A DNA stretch of 64,000 nt, taken from contig JAFTLQ010000015.1 in the NCBI GenBank assembly GCA_017455905.1, positions 964 through 64,963 of the forward strand, in the 5' to 3' direction. Source of the stretch: Clostridia bacterium (GTDB lineage Bacteria > Bacillota > Clostridia > Oscillospirales > CAG-272). The notes under the pieces were generated by a model. That model worked only from the letters and a program-made list of their open reading frames with translations. It did no database searches and was not told where the DNA came from. The position numbers were made by a program, and so were the translations under genes. Shown piece after piece: positions 1-12,820 of the stretch. The number at the start of each line of letters is the position of its first letter. Position 1 is the first letter of the stretch.

Positions 1-1
1 G

Positions 2-3000
2 TGGGGCACATCCACGGTCGTGACAGCGGCTACCTGTACGGGGAACGGCGTATCTCGCCATACGTGCGCACGTTGTAGCGTTACGGAAGAGTATGCTGTA
101 GAAGCACTCGGTCATTACGAAGTCACGGACCGCGCGGTAGCACCTACCTGTACGGCAACGGGTCTTACCGAGGGCAAGCACTGCTCGGTTTGCGGTACGA
201 TTCTTGTCGCACAGGAGACGGTGGATGCGCTTGGTCATACGGCCGGCGCGGATGCTACCTGTACGACGGCACAGATCTGTACGGTGTGTTCTTCTGTTTT
301 GACTCCTGCGCTTGGTCACACACCCGGTGCGGAGGCTACCTGCACGACGGCACAGATCTGTACGGTATGCGAGACCGTTCTTGTGCCTGCGCTCGGCCAC
401 GCATACGGCGAAATATCTATCGTTTGGACAGCAACACGGGCAACAGGTATGTCCTGTTATGCTGTCAGCACCTGTGCGCATGATACGGAATCCGATCACG
501 TGATCACCATTGCGGCTGAGGTGACGGAGGCTGTTACCGCAGATCCTTCGTGCGACGGTGAGGGTGTGCTGACGTATACGGCTTCCTTCAATGAATCAGC
601 GATTGCTGCCGCTCTGCCTGCCACCGGACTGACGGAGGAGCAGAAAACAACGATCACGCAGAGTTATACACAAGCGACCGGACTTTTGACGGACGCCAAG
701 CCGACGGAAACGGCGGCGATCGACGCGACGGGTCATAGCTACACAACCTCTGTAACGGCACCGACGTGTACGGCGGTTGGTTACACGACGTATACGTGTA
801 CGTGCGGTGAAAGCTATAAGAGCGATTACGTGGACGCTACCGGACACACCGTTACAGCGTTGGCGGCGGTAGCACCTACGTGCGATGAGGACGGCAAAAC
901 GGCCGGTTCTTGGTGCCCTGTTTGTCGCACTACGTTTGTGGAACAGCAGACGGTGGCGGCACTTGGCCACGATTACACGTCCGTTGTGACGAATCCCACT
1001 TGTACGGCCGGCGGTTACACGACGCACACCTGTACGGTTTGCTCAGCCAGCTACCGCGATCAAACGACGTATGCTACGGGTCACACACCAGGTGCCGCCG
1101 TTCGTGAAAACGAGGTAGCGGCTACCTGTACAACGAGCGGCTCGTACGATACGGTCATTACGTGCACCGTTTGTCGTGAGGAAATTTCTCGCGACACAAC
1201 GACGGTCCGTGCGCTCGGTCACAGCATCAGTGACGTAGCGTACGCATGGACGGATGACTACACGGCTTGTACGGCGACGGTTACGTGTCTGCGCGGTTGC
1301 GGCATGTCGGAAACAATCCAAGCGACCGTGACGAAGACGGTACGTGCGGCAACCTGTACGGACTCCGGTCTTATCACGTATAGAGCTACCTTTGGCGGAT
1401 TCAGCGGTGCGTCTGTCGCTGTTTCGACACAGACGGTTACCGGGATTCTTCCCGCTTTGGGACATGATCTGACCTTGATTCCTGCCGTTGCACCTTCGTG
1501 TACCGAAGACGGTTACACAGCCGGTATCGGTTGTGCTCGTTGTAAGTACATACATCAGGCTCGGACGGTTGATCCCGCTACGAGACACACCTATACCGCC
1601 ACAGTAACGTCCCCCACCTGCACCGAGGACGGATATACCACCTACACCTGTGCGGTGTGCAATGACAGCTACACGGCCGATGCCGTGAATGCTACCGGCC
1701 ACAATTATCAGGCGGTCGTAACGGCGGCGACCTGTACGACAGGCGGCTATACGACGTACACCTGTGCGGTGTGCGATGACAGCTACACGGCCGATGCCGT
1801 GAATGCTACCGGCCACGATTATCAGACGGTCGTAACTGCGCCTACTTGTACCGAGGACGGTTATACGACGTATACCTGTAAAAACGGTTGCGGTTACAGC
1901 TACACAGCAGATGTCACGGATAAGCTGCCGCACACGGTCGTTACCATCGCGGCTATTTCGCCGACCTGTACGACGAAGGGCGTAACCGAGGGCTCGTACT
2001 GCTCGATCTGCATGACGGTGCTGGTGGCTCAGATGCCTATCGACGCGCTCGGGCACAACGAAGTTGTTGATTCAGCCGTTGCTCCCAAGTGTACCGAAAC
2101 AGGTCTTACGGAAGGCTCGCACTGCGACAGATGTAATGAAGTCTTTACAGAACAAGAGGTCCTTCCCGCGCTCGGTCACACCGAGGTGATCGACGAGGCG
2201 GTCGCTCCCGATTGCACGAATACCGGTCTTTCCGAGGGTAAACACTGCTCGGTTTGTAACGATGTTTTGATTGCTCAAGAGATCGTTCCCGCACTCGGCC
2301 ACACCGAGGTGGTTGACGAGGCAGTGGCTCCCGGATGCCTTACCAACGGTAAAACCGAGGGTAAGCACTGCTCGGTTTGTGGACGCACGTTGGTAGCACA
2401 GGCACCTATAGCGGCTACCGGCCATTCCATTGTCGTTGATGCGGCGGTCACTCCCGACTGTGTCAACACCGGTCTTACCGAGGGCAGACACTGCACGGTG
2501 TGCGGTTACGTAGCACAGGCGCAGACGATCGTTCCTGCAAAGGGACATACCGAGGTGACCGACAAGGCTATCGCTGCTACCTGTACAGAAACGGGTCTTA
2601 CCGAGGGTAAGCACTGCTCGGTTTGTAATGAGGTTCTGGTAGCACAGACGGAGGTTGCCGCTCTTGGTCACACCGAAGTCATTGACGAGGCTGTCGATCC
2701 TACCTGTACGGAACCCGGTAAAACCGAGGGCTCGCACTGCGAAACCTGCGGTGAGGTCTTTGTGGCACAGGAGAGCATCGCGGCACTTGGACATACCTAT
2801 GAGTCTGTTGTAACGGCGGCGACCTGTACGACAGGCGGCTATACGACGTATACCTGCTCGGTTTGTTCGCACAGCTACGAGTCCGATCGTGTGGTAGCGT
2901 ACGGACATTCTTATGAGGCCGTTGTAACCGAGCCTACCTGTACAACCGGCGGTTATACAACACACACCTGCTCGCGCTGCAATGTCAGCTACCGCGATAC

Positions 3001-6000
3001 GTACGTAGTAGCTCTTGGTCATACCGAAGTCATTGACGAGGCAGTCGATCCTACCTGTACGAAAACAGGTCTTACGGAAGGCTCACACTGCGGCCGTTGC
3101 GGCGCGGTGCTTGCAGCACAGGTTGTTGTTTCAAAGCTTGACCACACCTACGTTGCCGAGGACGAGGCAACCATTGCGACGACGTGCGAGAGACGCGGTT
3201 ACCGTACCAACACCTGTACGGTGTGTGGCTACACCTACGAGACCCCGACGGGTGATTCCGTTGAGGAGCACATCGAGAAGTACCGCCAGTACCATGAGGC
3301 CAAGGCGCCGACGTATACGGCGGTCGGTTGGGAGGCGTACATTGACTGCCGCGCCTGCTCGTACACGGAGTACAAGGAGATCCCCATGCTGGAGGCAGGT
3401 ATCATCCGCGACTACGATCTCTTTATGAAGAATCTGCTTCTGCTGGAGGATCTGGCGTTCCGCTATGCCAAGGAGATGCCGGGTGTGGATCCGCTGAACC
3501 TTGTCATTAAGTACATTCGTACGGGCGTGGATCGCTACAATTCGGGCTCGTGGGGCATTATGGCCGGCTACGAGGACAAGGGCTTTGCCGACTTCGTATC
3601 GAAGTACGAGGACGATTACAATGCCAACCTCACTGAGGAGTCCGAGATGCTCACGGTCAGCTGGCTGAAGAATCTCGGCAACATCCAGCTGCCGAACGGA
3701 CAGGTGACCGACATCGGACACATGTTCGGTACGATGGACATTACCTATCACAACAACTACGGCGTCAATCACGCGGACGTCGCCGGTTGGGCGGGCGACC
3801 TGGTCGACCTGCTCAGCGTCAGCGACCAGTTCGGCGTGACGGCGACGACGTTTGAGGCGCTGGTCGCGGAGGTGCGCGAGAACTATCTGCTTCGCGGTAC
3901 GTTCCCCGAGGAGACCAAGGAGGGCTCGTTCAGCCTGACGGATATGTACGGCGACCTGGACGGCCTGTACGTGATGAACATGCTGCAGGCACAGTCGTAC
4001 GAGCAGGGTGACCTTACGCAGATCATCGAGGAATACTTCACCGAGGATCTGTCGGACGCGGACCGTGCGGCGTACTTCATCCGTACGCGTATGAACGGCG
4101 TCAGCCTGCGCTCGGCTCTGCGCGAGGCGGTGTACAATGCGTACACGGGCAACAAGGTCATTGCGACCCTGGAGGCTACGCGTGAGTTTGAGTCGGAGGA
4201 TCTTGAGACGCTGCGCCGTGCGTGCTGCTATGCCTTTGCGGATTACATCTGCGAGCTGGCAGGCGACTACGTCGGCTCGGTAGAGAACTCGTACTTTACG
4301 GTCTTTGAGTCGGAGAGCTCGACGCTGGCACCCGGCATTACGCAGGATCTCAAGAAGGCGACGAGCCGGGACGGCAAGCAGATGGTCTATTACATCGCGA
4401 CGGCTGACCTGACGCGCGACGACGTCAACATTTACGCCAACTACAAGGATAACGATCCGACCGAATGGGGCATGCAGCGCGTGCTGGATCAGGCGAACGC
4501 TGCACAGAACAAGTACGGCGACCCCGAGAGCGAATATTACATTCCCAACTACAACGTTATCGTTTCCATCAACGGCTCGGGCTACAACATGCAGACGGGT
4601 GAGCCGGGCGGCCTTTTGGTCATGAACGGCGTGGAATATCAATCCATCAACTCCAGCGGCTTCTTCGCCATCCTCAAGGACGGCACGCCGATGATCGGTA
4701 CGCAGGCGGATTACGCGATTTACAAGTCGCAGATCGCCGAGGGTATCGCCGGCTTCGGAAGCACGCTGATCAAGGACGGCAAGATCACCATCACCGGCAC
4801 GAGCGATTACTACAATCAGCGTGCCAGCCGTACGGCGGTCGGTATCACGCGTACCGGCAAGGTCGTGTTCATGGTTCTGGACGGCCGTCAGGAGCCCTTC
4901 TCCTGCGGCGGTAGTATGGAGGAGATCGCGCAGATCATGTTTGAGGCCGGCTGCGTGCAAGCGGTCAACCTCGACGGCGGCGGATCGACGACCTTCGTTG
5001 CTAAGGAAGAGGGCGCCGAGGAGCTGGCGGTCATCAACCGCCCGTCCGACGGCTTTGCCCGTTCGGTCAGTACCTCTTTGATCATGGTTTCGACGGCTCC
5101 GAGCTCGACGGCCTTTGATCACGCGGTGCTGGACACCGAGATGGATTATCTGACGGTCGGCACGTCGCTGACCGTGACGCCTTCCGGCGTCAGCGCGACG
5201 GGTAACGCCGCCGAGCTGCCCGAGGGATATACGTGGGCGGTATCCGACGGTACGATCGCGTCGATCGATGAAAACGGCGTCGTGACGGCGCTGGAAAACG
5301 GCGACGTCGACGTGCAGCTGATGCTGGGCGACGAGATCCTTGGTGAAAAGACGCTGCACGTGGTCGTGCCCGACACGATCTATTTCCCCAAGAGCAATAT
5401 TGATGCGGTCTACGGCGAAAAGGCCGAGCTGCCCGTCATTGCTCTGTACAATAACAAGCCCGTGGCCATTACGGCCGACGATCTCGGCTTTATGCTCAGT
5501 AATGAGAAGGCCGGTCATATGGAAGGCATCTACTTCATCGGTGACGAGGATGCGGGCATCAAGAAGCTGGTCATTACGGCGGTCCTCCTTGCCAACGAGG
5601 AGGTCGGCGCGAACGTCAACGTTTCGCTTTACAAGCAGGGCGAGAACTCCTTTGACTTCGATCAGGCGACGGGCGGTAACCGCGAGTTTGCCTGGTACCG
5701 CGACGTGTCCAACGCGACGACGGAGAACGGAAGTCTGTACGAGATCATCGATCCGAATAAGGATATGGTAACCTCCTACACCTTCGCCATCGACATGACG
5801 CAGATCCCGATCCCCGAGCAGCTGGCGGATCTGACGACGATGCTGCCCGGCGCTGACGTGGAGGGGGCATCTGCATGGACCTTCCTTTGCCAGCTGGCCG
5901 AGCGTGTCAGCGTGCTGACCGAGATCAAGGCGGTCATGCAGCTGGATCCGAGCGTCACGGTGGATTATTCCGAGGTCCAGCTGATCAACGAATATTTCGA

Positions 6001-9000
6001 GCTGGTCGATACGGTGCTTGACGAGGAGACGAACACGCTGACCATTACGCTTAAGTGGATTGACCAGACGCAAGCGATCGATGTGGAGACGGCCAATCCC
6101 CTGTGCATGCTTACCGGCATCAAGCTGACGCCGAAGGACGATGCGACCTGGAAGACGGGCGAGCAGCTGCCTCTGGTACACAGCGGTGAGGTCAGCTATG
6201 CGATCTATCTGCGTGCCAACGCGCTGTACACCTTCTCCGCTAAGGAAGAGAACCAGAAGATCTACGGTCTGAAGCCCTTCATCAATCCCGATAATGCTTC
6301 GGAAAAGGGCGGTTATTTCGAGTCCGTGTATGCGACCCTTGAGGATACGTACACGCTGTCCCGTGCCGTCAAGAACGGTTGGGTCATCGACGAGGGCGGT
6401 TATGCGTACTACGTGGACGGCACCAAGCTGACCGGCATTCAGTTGATCGACGGCTACTACTACAACTTGGGCGAAAACGGCATCAACGTCGGTAAGACCA
6501 AGTACACCGGTCTGTTTGAGGAGGACGGCGTTATCCGTTATTCTCAGTACGGTGAGGTAGCGGTCGGATGGCACATGATCAATAATGCATGGCACTACTT
6601 TGACGAGCAGACGGGCAACGCGTACGTCGGTGAGAAGACGATGGCTGTCGATGGCGCGACGATCACGTATCTGTTCGACGAGAACGGTCGTGTGACCGAG
6701 GACGTGTGGTATACCAACGCGAGCGGTCAGACCTATCGCTACTACGGTCCTTCCTACTACTATCGCCTTTGGAAGGATATTGACGGTGAAACCTACTTCT
6801 TCACCTACACCGGCCCTGTGGCCAAGGGTGTATACCCCATTCAGAACAACCCGCACGAGCCTATATACTATTATGTATTCCATCAGCAGACGGGTGAGCT
6901 GATCTCCATCTGTGACGGCTTCGTGACGCACAGCGACGGCAGAACGTATTACTATCCCACCTACGGCTCCGGCGCGATGCTGTACGGTTTGAACAAGATC
7001 GGTGACTACTATTACTACTTCGCTGCAAGCGGTGAGTACATGGGTCAAGTCCTGACGGGTGTCATCACGGTGCCTCCGTATGCATCTAACGGCATTCTGA
7101 CCTTTGACAAGACGCTGACCTTCCACGATACGCTGTGGTATGCGATCGATGAAAACGGCGAGCCGATCACCGAGATCGAGGACGTGACGTATCCGTTCTT
7201 CTATGAGCAGGGTGACAACACGTACTGTTATCTTGCGCCCGGTCAGCTTGCTTACGGTCTGCAGAAGATCGGTGATTACTACTACTACTTCTCGACGAGC
7301 TCGGGTGCTATGCGTACGGGTGAATACACCGTTGTATGGTATGCATCGAACGAACTTCTCACGAAGGATCACACCTTCCTCTTCGATGCGGAATACGGCT
7401 ACGCCGTGGATGAAAATGGCAACCCGCTGACCTCGCTCGACTTCGGCGAGGACGTACCGGTCGATCCCATCGATCCGCCGGTCGAACAGACGTATCCTGC
7501 CTTTATTGAGAAGGACGGCAAGGTGTATTACTACTTCTCGGAGGAGGCCCAAGCGTTTGGCTTCCAGAAGATCGGTGATTATTACTACTACTTCTCGACG
7601 AGCTCGGGTGCTATGCGTACGGGTGAATACACCGTTGTATGGTATGCATCGAACGAACTTCTCACGAAGGATCACACCTTCCTCTTCGATGCGGAATACG
7701 GCTACGCCGTGGATGAAAATGGTAACCCGCTGACCTCGCTCGACTTCGGCGAGGACGTACCGGTCGATCCCATCGATCCGCCGGATGAGCAGGAATATCC
7801 TGCCTTCCTTGAGAAGGACGGCAAGGTGTATTACTATCTTGCGAAGGATCGCGTGGCGACCGGCTGGTATACGATCGACGGTCAGTGGCATTACTTCGAC
7901 CAGACCACCGGTGCGGCGTACGTTGGCAAGCACACGGTGGACGTGGACGACATGCACATCGTGTACATCTTTGACGAGCACGGTATGGTGACCGCGGACG
8001 CTCTTGTGACGGATCCCGACGGGCAGACGCTTCTGTATAACGGTCCTGACCGTTACAGAAACGCTTGGATGACGGTCGATGAGGTAACGTATTACTTTAC
8101 CGACACGGGTGCGGCTGCATGCGGTGTATACGCCGTACAGAACGTCGGTGAGCCGGAGTACTCCTACGTCTTTGATCAGACGACGGGTGCATTGATCTCC
8201 ATCTGCGACGGTCTCGTGACGCACAGCGATGGTAAGACGTATTACTATCCCACCTACGGCTCCGATGAGACGGCTTGCGGTCTTACGAAGGTTGGTAATT
8301 ACTATTACTACTTCGACGAGAACGGCGTGGCTCTCACGGGCGAACAGATGGTGACGGTATTGGCATCGAACGGCAAACTGACCTTGCCGAAGACGATCAC
8401 CTTCGACGAGGAGAAGCTGTGGGCGATCGATGAGAACGGTCAGCCTCTGACGCATATTGCCGATGCACAGTATCCGCTCTTCTTTGAGGAGGAAGGCAAG
8501 CTCTATTATTACATTGCCGCAGGACAAAAGGCAAAGGGCTTCTATTCCATTGATGGTCAGTGGCATTACTTCGACCAGACCACCGGTGCCGTTTACGTTG
8601 GTAAGCAGACCGTCAAGGTCGGCTCGCTCTCTATCACGTACGTCTTTGACGAGCGCGGTATCGTGACCGAGGACGTCCTTGTGACGGGTACCGATGGCAA
8701 GACGTATCTGTATCACGGTCCCGACTGCTACAGAGACGCTTGGAAGTCGATCGACGGCGAGACGTACTACTTCAACTATACCGGTGCGATGGTCAAGGGC
8801 CTGTACCCTGTGCAGAATGCCGGTGAGCCGGAGTACTACTACGTCTTTGATCAGGCGACAGGTGCGCTGATCTCCATCTGTGACGGCTTCGTGACGCACA
8901 GCGACGGAAAGACGTATTACTATCCCACCTACGGCTCGGCAGCTGTGATGTACGGTCTTCATAAGATCGGTGATTACTATTACTACTTCGATTCCAACGG

Positions 9001-10237
9001 CGTTGCTCGCACGGGCGAGCAGACGATCCCTGCGTATGCGTCGAATGGCATTCTGACCTTGCCGAAGACGATCACCTTCGACGAGGAGAAGCTGTGGGCG
9101 ATCGATGAGAACGGCGAGCCGCTCACCAACATCGAGGATGTGACGTATCCGCTCTTCTTCGAGCAGGATGGAGTGACGTACTATTATCGCAAGGCGGATC
9201 GCGTAGTGACCGGCTGGTACGAGATCGACGGACGTTGGCATTACTTCGACAAGACGACCGGTGCGGCGTACGTTGGCAAGCATACGCTGAGCGTTGGCTC
9301 GGCGCGCGTGACCTTCGTCTTCGACGAGTACGGTATGGTAACGGAGGATGCCTGGTATGTCGATGCGGATGAGAAGACGTATCTGTATTACGGTCCCGAC
9401 TGTTACAGAAGCACTTGGAAGACGGTCGACGACGAGACGTACTACTTCAACTATGCCGGTGTGCTCGTTAAGGGCCTGTACCCTGTGCAGAACGACAATG
9501 AGCCGGAGTACTACTACGTCTTTGACCAGGCGACAGGTGCGCTGATCTCCATCTGCAACGGCTTCGTGACGCACAGCGACGGCACGACGTATTACTATCC
9601 CACCTACGGTGAGGCCTCGGTGGACTACGGTCTTAAGAAGATCGGTGACTACTATTATTACTTCGGCTCCAGCGGTGCGGCACACACGGGTGAGCAGACG
9701 ATCCCTGCGTATGCAGCGGGCGGTCTGTTGGAGACGTCGGTCGTGCTTCGCTTCGATCCGACGCAGCTGTATGCCGTCGATGAGGATGGCAATCCGCTGA
9801 CCTCGTTGTCCTTCGACTCGGAGAAAGAGCCGCCGAAGTTTGACGAATATCCTGCGTTCGTGGAGGTGGACGGTAAAACGTATTACTACCTCGATGAGGA
9901 TACCGTAGCCTACGGCTTCCAGAAGATCGGTGACTACTTCTACTACTTCTCCACGACGGATGGCGCTATGCGTACCGGTGAATACACGGTACAGGCTTAC
10001 ACGTCAAACGGTTACCTGGAGGAAGCGCGCGCCTTCTTCTTCCATGAAACGTACGGATACGCCATGGAAAAGGCCGACGGCGAGCCGATCACAGCGATCG
10101 AGCCTCTGCCCGAGGACGTACTGCAGGACGGCGTGGACCGGGTGCTTGGTGAGCCTATGCTGCTCGTGCTGATCTTTGTCAGCTGCGTGGGCATCTTCGT
10201 CGTCTGGGCATTCGTATTCAATAAGCGCTACCGTTGA
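2..10237 (+). CDS. giant multidomain cell-surface protein (5' end lies outside the window)
   Basis: The reading frame is already open at nt 2 ([14 protein letters not shown]...), so the track start at 20 is an internal codon. About two dozen ~35-38-aa Cys repeats (GH..V..PTCT..G.T...C..C) run up to ~nt 3250. [17 protein letters not shown]...[20 protein letters not shown]...[10 protein letters not shown] (~4380-5090) resembles the phosphodiester glycosidase (DUF2233/NAGPA-like) family. An Ig-like Big_2-like segment lies at ~5150-5370. From ~6400 there are many GW.YFD / KIGDYYYYF cell-wall-binding-type repeats in ~215-aa super-repeats. The C-terminal hydrophobic helix is [20 protein letters not shown] followed by NKRYR. 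A terminator follows the stop. Confidence 0.9.
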   Translation, partial: WGTSTVVTAATCTGNGVSRHTCARCSVTEEYAVEALGHYEVTDRAVAPTCTATGLTEGKHCSVCGTILVAQETVDALGHTAGADATCTTAQICTVCSSVLTPALGHTPGAEATCTTAQICTVCETVLVPALGHAYGEISIVWTATRATGMSCYAVSTCAHDTESDHVITIAAEVTEAVTADPSCDGEGVLTYTASFNESAIAAALPATGLTEEQKTTITQSYTQATGLLTDAKPTETAAIDATGHSYTTSVTAPTCTAVGYTTYTCTCGESYKSDYVDATGHTVTALAAVAPTCDEDGKTAGSWCPVCRTTFVEQQTVAALGHDYTSVVTNPTCTAGGYTTHTCTVCSASYRDQTTYATGHTPGAAVRENEVAATCTTSGSYDTVITCTVCREEISRDTTTVRALGHSISDVAYAWTDDYTACTATVTCLRGCGMSETIQATVTKTVRAATCTDSGLITYRATFGGFSGASVAVSTQTVTGILPALGHDLTLIPAVAPSCTEDGYTAGIGCARCKYIHQARTVDPATRHTYTATVTSPTCTEDGYTTYTCAVCNDSYTADAVNATGHNYQAVVTAATCTTGGYTTYTCAVCDDSYTADAVNATGHDYQTVVTAPTCTEDGYTTYTCKNGCGYSYTADVTDKLPHTVVTIAAISPTCTTKGVTEGSYCSICMTVLVAQMPIDALGHNEVVDSAVAPKCTETGLTEGSHCDRCNEVFTEQEVLPALGHTEVIDEAVAPDCTNTGLSEGKHCSVCNDVLIAQEIVPALGHTEVVDEAVAPGCLTNGKTEGKHCSVCGRTLVAQAPIAATGHSIVVDAAVTPDCVNTGLTEGRHCTVCGYVAQAQTIVPAKGHTEVTDKAIAATCTETGLTEGKHCSVCNEVLVAQTEVAALGHTEVIDEAVDPTCTEPGKTEGSHCETCGEVFVAQESIAALGHTYESVVTAATCTTGGYTTYTCSVCSHSYESDRVVAYGHSYEAVVTEPTCTTGGYTTHTCSRCNVSYRDTYVVALGHTEVIDEAVDPTCTKTGLTEGSHCGRCGAVLAAQVVVSKLDHTYVAEDEATIATTCERRGYRTNTCTVCGYTYETPTGDSVEEHIEKYRQYHEAKAPTYTAVGWEAYIDCRACSYTEYKEIPMLEAGIIRDYDLFMKNLLLLEDLAFRYAKEMPGVDPLNLVIKYIRTGVDRYNSGSWGIMAGYEDKGFADFVSKYEDDYNANLTEESEMLTVSWLKNLGNIQLPNGQVTDIGHMFGTMDITYHNNYGVNHADVAGWAGDLVDLLSVSDQFGVTATTFEALVAEVRENYLLRGTFPEETKEGSFSLTDMYGDLDGLYVMNMLQAQSYEQGDLTQIIEEYFTEDLSDADRAAYFIRTRMNGVSLRSALREAVYNAYTGNKVIATLEATREFESEDLETLRRACCYAFADYICELAGDYVGSVENSYFTVFESESSTLAPGITQDLKKATSRDGKQMVYYIATADLTRDDVNIYANYKDNDPTEWGMQRVLDQANAAQNKYGDPESEYYIPNYNVIVSINGSGYNMQTGEPGGLLVMNGVEYQSINSSGFFAILKDGTPMIGTQADYAIYKSQIAEGIAGFGSTLIKDGKITITGTSDYYNQRASRTAVGITRTGKVVFMVLDGRQEPFSCGGSMEEIAQIMFEAGCVQAVNLDGGGSTTFVAKEEGAEELAVINRPSDGFARSVSTSLIMVSTAPSSTAFDHAVLDTEMDYLTVGTSLTVTPSGVSATGNAAELPEGYTWAVSDGTIASIDENGVVTALENGDVDVQLMLGDEILGEKTLHVVVPDTIYFPKSNIDAVYGEKAELPVIALYNNKPVAITADDLGFMLSNEKAGHMEGIYFIGDEDAGIKKLVITAVLLANEEVGANVNVSLYKQGENSFDFDQATGGNREFAWYRDVSNATTENGSLYEIIDPNKDMVTSYTFAIDMTQIPIPEQLADLTTMLPGADVEGASAWTFLCQLAERVSVLTEIKAVMQLDPSVTVDYSEVQLINEYFELVDTVLDEETNTLTITLKWIDQTQAIDVETANPLCMLTGIKLTPKDDATWKTGEQLPLVHSGEVSYAIYLRANALYTFSAKEENQKIYGLKPFINPDNASEKGGYFESVYATLEDTYTLSRAVKNGWVIDEGGYAYYVDGTKLTGIQLIDGYYYNLGENGINVGKTKYTGLFEEDGVIRYSQYGEVAVGWHMINNAWHYFDEQTGNAYVGEKTMAVDGATITYLFDENGRVTEDVWYTNASGQTYRYYGPSYYYRLWKDIDGETYFFTYTGPVAKGVYPIQNNPHEPIYYYVFHQQTGELISICDGFVTHSDGRTYYYPTYGSGAMLYGLNKIGDYYYYFAASGEYMGQVLTGVITVPPYASNGILTFDKTLTFHDTLWYAIDENGEPITEIEDVTYPFFYEQGDNTYCYLAPGQLAYGLQKIGDYYYYFSTSSGAMRTGEYTVVWYASNELLTKDHTFLFDAEYGYAVDENGNPLTSLDFGEDVPVDPIDPPVEQTYPAFIEKDGKVYYYFSEEAQAFGFQKIGDYYYYFSTSSGAMRTGEYTVVWYASNELLTKDHTFLFDAEYGYAVDENGNPLTSLDFGEDVPVDPIDPPDEQEYPAFLEKDGKVYYYLAKDRVATGWYTIDGQWHYFDQTTGAAYVGKHTVDVDDMHIVYIFDEHGMVTADALVTDPDGQTLLYNGPDRYRNAWMTVDEVTYYFTDTGAAACGVYAVQNVGEPEYSYVFDQTTGALISICDGLVTHSDGKTYYYPTYGSDETACGLTKVGNYYYYFDENGVALTGEQMVTVLASNGKLTLPKTITFDEEKLWAIDENGQPLTHIADAQYPLFFEEEGKLYYYIAAGQKAKGFYSIDGQWHYFDQTTGAVYVGKQTVKVGSLSITYVFDERGIVTEDVLVTGTDGKTYLYHGPDCYRDAWKSIDGETYYFNYTGAMVKGLYPVQNAGEPEYYYVFDQATGALISICDGFVTHSDGKTYYYPTYGSAAVMYGLHKIGDYYYYFDSNGVARTGEQTIPAYASNGILTLPKTITFDEEKLWAIDENGEPLTNIEDVTYPLFFEQDGVTYYYRKADRVVTGWYEIDGRWHYFDKTTGAAYVGKHTLSVGSARVTFVFDEYGMVTEDAWYVDADEKTYLYYGPDCYRSTWKTVDDETYYFNYAGVLVKGLYPVQNDNEPEYYYVFDQATGALISICNGFVTHSDGTTYYYPTYGEASVDYGLKKIGDYYYYFGSSGAAHTGEQTIPAYAAGGLLETSVVLRFDPTQLYAVDEDGNPLTSLSFDSEKEPPKFDEYPAFVEVDGKTYYYLDEDTVAYGFQKIGDYFYYFSTTDGAMRTGEYTVQAYTSNGYLEEARAFFFHETYGYAMEKADGEPITAIEPLPEDVLQDGVDRVLGEPMLLVLIFVSCVGIFVVWAFVFNKRYR
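7262..7784 (+). repeat. two near-identical 220-nt segments at a 303-nt offset inside the giant gene
   Basis: 7262-7481 and 7565-7784 differ at only a few positions (gattactac vs gattattac, ggcaaccc vs ggtaaccc). Both encode [73 protein letters not shown]. The off-frame track ORFs 7203-7430 and 7506-7733 are almost identical for the same reason. Confidence 0.9.
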
Positions 10238-10273
10238 TCGGTTTCGCTTATGATCTCTATCCCAAGATAAAGT

Positions 10274-10312
10274 GGGGCTGTCTCAAATGCAAATTTGAGA
10301 CAGCCCTTTTTA
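10274..10312 (+). terminator. intrinsic terminator of the giant surface-protein gene
   Basis: GGGGCTGTCTCAAA / TTTGAGACAGCCC stem followed by TTTTTAT, ~37 nt after the stop codon. Confidence 0.8.
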
Positions 10313-10441
10313 TCGTTCATCTGTGTCGACATTGTAAATTTTGTGTGAAAGCTTTGTTGAACGGCAAAAAACGATGGATTTGTTAAAAAAGTTTTTGTAG
10401 AATAAAATAAAAAACTCGGCGTGCCGGGGGAGAGGAGCCAT

Positions 10442-11983
10442 ATGCGTAAGCTTTGCCGCGTGTTGTTTTCCCGTTATGCGGTGTCCTTACTGTTCATCGT
10501 TGCGGACGTGCTGTTTTTGACGCTGCTCGCGTTGTATCTGTCCTCGTTGTTTCAAACGATCGCGCTTTTTTTGTTGCTTTTATTTGACGCGGTCATGCTA
10601 CTGCATTTGATCAACCGTGACACGGCCCCCGAAAACAAGCTGCCGTGGGCGGTGATCATACTGAGCCTTCCCGTTCTCGGGGCGCTGCTATATCATTTGT
10701 TTTTCAGCCGAAAGCTCTCCCGACGTGAGCGCAAGCATATGAAGGAGATGTCCGTCTTCCACCCCTCTGAGCCGGAGCATACCGCCCAGCTGGACGTGTT
10801 GGCAACGGAGGATGCCTCGGCGGCCGGCAAGGCGATGGCGATCCTTCGCGAGGACAAGCTGGCCATGGTCTACCGAGGGACCCGTGCGCGGTATTTTGAT
10901 GATGGACGTACCATGTTCGACGCGATGGTCGAGGATATCCGTGCGGCGAAACGGTATATCTTTATAGAAACCTTTATTCTGGAAGAGGGCGTCATGTGGG
11001 GGACCGTCCACGCCATTCTGAAGGAAAAGGTGGCGCAAGGCCTGCAGGTCCGTCTTCTCTACGACGATATCGGCTGTATGAAGACTCTTCCTCGGTATTA
11101 CGATCATAGCTTGCGTGCCGAAGGGATCGACGTGCACCGCTTTGCCCCCGTGTCGCCGCGCGTGACCGTTGCCCATAACAACCGCGATCACCGTAAGATC
11201 GTCGTCGTTGACGGTGAGGTCGCCTATACGGGCGGCATCAATTTTGCGGATGAATATATCCACGAGCGTATCCGCTTCGGCCATTGGAAGGATGGTGGTG
11301 TGCGTATAGAGGGGGAGGCGGTGGACGGCTTGCTTCGTCTCTTCTTAGTCAGCTACAATCTGACGACCTTTTCCATGCTGGATGCCGCAGCCTATCGGGC
11401 GTCGAACGAGTCTGTGCCGACCGTAGGGGACGATGGCTATTATATTCCGTTTGGCAGCGGTCCCGTGCCGCTATATGATGCGCCTGTCGGGAAGAACGCC
11501 TTTTTAAACATCATCTCGCAGGCCGAGCGGTACGTGTACGTCACGACGCCGTACCTGATCATGGATTTTGAGCTGACGCAGGCATTTTGCAACGCAGCCA
11601 AGCGCGGCGTCGACGTGCGTATCATGACGCCGCACGTTCCTGACAAGAAGCTTATCTTTCTTCTGACGCGCAGTGCCTATCCCTCCTTGATCGAAGCAGG
11701 GGTACGCATCTTTGAATACACACCTGGCTTTTTGCATGAAAAGCTGTTGGTGTCGGATGATCTGTATAGCATCGTTGGAACGATCAATCTTGATTACCGC
11801 AGCTTTGCGCATCACTTTGAGGACGCGGTGTGGATGTACCGCTCATCGGTCATCTCGGTTGCGCGCGACAGCTTCATGCAAGCGCAACAGGAGGCAAAGG
11901 AGATCGAAAAGGGTGATGTGCCGATGACCCTGTTCCAAAAGCTTCTTCGCAATATTATCCGTCTGTTTGCCCCTCTTTTGTAA
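10442..11983 (+). CDS. cls: cardiolipin synthase
   Basis: Two HKD phospholipase-D motifs (HNNRDHRKIVVVDGEVAYTGGINFADEY and FLHEKLLVSDDLYSIVGTINLDYRS) plus N-terminal TM helices. ATG 10442 is preferred over the track GTG 10421 because a GGGGGAGAGGAG Shine-Dalgarno lies at 10426-10437. Confidence 0.9.
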   Translation: MRKLCRVLFSRYAVSLLFIVADVLFLTLLALYLSSLFQTIALFLLLLFDAVMLLHLINRDTAPENKLPWAVIILSLPVLGALLYHLFFSRKLSRRERKHMKEMSVFHPSEPEHTAQLDVLATEDASAAGKAMAILREDKLAMVYRGTRARYFDDGRTMFDAMVEDIRAAKRYIFIETFILEEGVMWGTVHAILKEKVAQGLQVRLLYDDIGCMKTLPRYYDHSLRAEGIDVHRFAPVSPRVTVAHNNRDHRKIVVVDGEVAYTGGINFADEYIHERIRFGHWKDGGVRIEGEAVDGLLRLFLVSYNLTTFSMLDAAAYRASNESVPTVGDDGYYIPFGSGPVPLYDAPVGKNAFLNIISQAERYVYVTTPYLIMDFELTQAFCNAAKRGVDVRIMTPHVPDKKLIFLLTRSAYPSLIEAGVRIFEYTPGFLHEKLLVSDDLYSIVGTINLDYRSFAHHFEDAVWMYRSSVISVARDSFMQAQQEAKEIEKGDVPMTLFQKLLRNIIRLFAPLL

Positions 11984-11998
11984 ATAAAGCATGAAAAA

Positions 11999-12045
11999 AA
12001 CCACACGTATGCCAAGTAATGGCGTACGTGCGGTTTTGTTTTTTG
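11999..12045. terminator. bidirectional intrinsic terminator between convergent cls and MgtC-family genes
   Basis: ACCACACGTATGCC / GGCGTACGTGCGGT stem (one mismatch, one G-U), flanked by an A-run upstream and TTTTGTTTTTT downstream. Confidence 0.7.
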
Positions 12046-12051
12046 ACTATG

Positions 12052-12750
12052 TCAGATGGATTCAATGGCGAACAGTACGTAGTCCTCGGCCTCCAGGGCG
12101 TGAGCGACATCCTCGGGTGTTACGCGCACATCCTTTGAGGATACGTGAATGTTGGCCTCGATCCCCACGCTTTCGGACTTGCCGCTGCGCGGCGGAGTGA
12201 CTTGAATATCGGTGACGGTATAGCTCGCATGGAGGCGATCGATGGCTGTGCGTACCGACGCGGTATCGCGGATCTCCATATACATGCCGAAGCGGCTATA
12301 CCGCTTGGTAAGGCGGTATTCGATGCGATGCAGAATGGTGACGGTCAGAACGATAACGGCAAACGTGACCAGGGCACCGAGATAAAAGCCGGCGCCGAGG
12401 GCGATACCGATCGCCGCCGTGGCCCAAAGGCCGGCGGCCGTCGTCAGCCCCGTGATCTGAAAACGTCCCTTGAGTAGAATGGTTCCGACGCCGAGAAAGC
12501 CGATGCCCGAGATGACCTGCGCGCTGATGCGGGTGGGGTCGGTGGCCATGCCGCGCTCGTAGAGGTAGTAGCCGATCAGAGAGGTGAGGGTCGCACCGAT
12601 ACAGACGAGGATGTGCGTGCGCATACCGGCGGCACGCCCCTGCTTTCCTCGCTCGATGCCGATCACGCCGCCGACCAGCATCGCAAGCAGCAGGCGCAGA
12701 AGAATGCTGACAGCATGGAAGTCTTCCAGGTATGAAATAAATGCAGACAC
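12052..12750 (-). CDS. MgtC/SapB family membrane protein
   Basis: GGVIGIERGKQGRAAGMRTHILVCIGATL is typical of the MgtC family, with multiple TM helices and a C-terminal soluble domain. GTG start at 12750 is preceded by a GGAGACG SD. The track start at 12792 has no SD. Confidence 0.85.
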   Translation of the reverse strand: MSAFISYLEDFHAVSILLRLLLAMLVGGVIGIERGKQGRAAGMRTHILVCIGATLTSLIGYYLYERGMATDPTRISAQVISGIGFLGVGTILLKGRFQITGLTTAAGLWATAAIGIALGAGFYLGALVTFAVIVLTVTILHRIEYRLTKRYSRFGMYMEIRDTASVRTAIDRLHASYTVTDIQVTPPRSGKSESVGIEANIHVSSKDVRVTPEDVAHALEAEDYVLFAIESI

Positions 12751-12820
12751 GGTCGTCTCCTTTGTATGTTTATTACAGAGTATGCGCCGCATGTGCGGAG
12801 CGTCCGCCGTGCGGCATGCT

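Noticed and set aside
3131-9685. 2184-aa ORF on the minus strand, antisense to the giant surface-protein gene, plus many other long antisense or off-frame ORFs in 190-10221
   Set aside because: The translation is low-complexity Arg/Val/Gly/His-rich with no motifs, SD or domain signal. It lies entirely inside a sense ORF with clear domain and repeat structure. Long stop-free antisense frames are expected in GC-rich, codon-biased genes.
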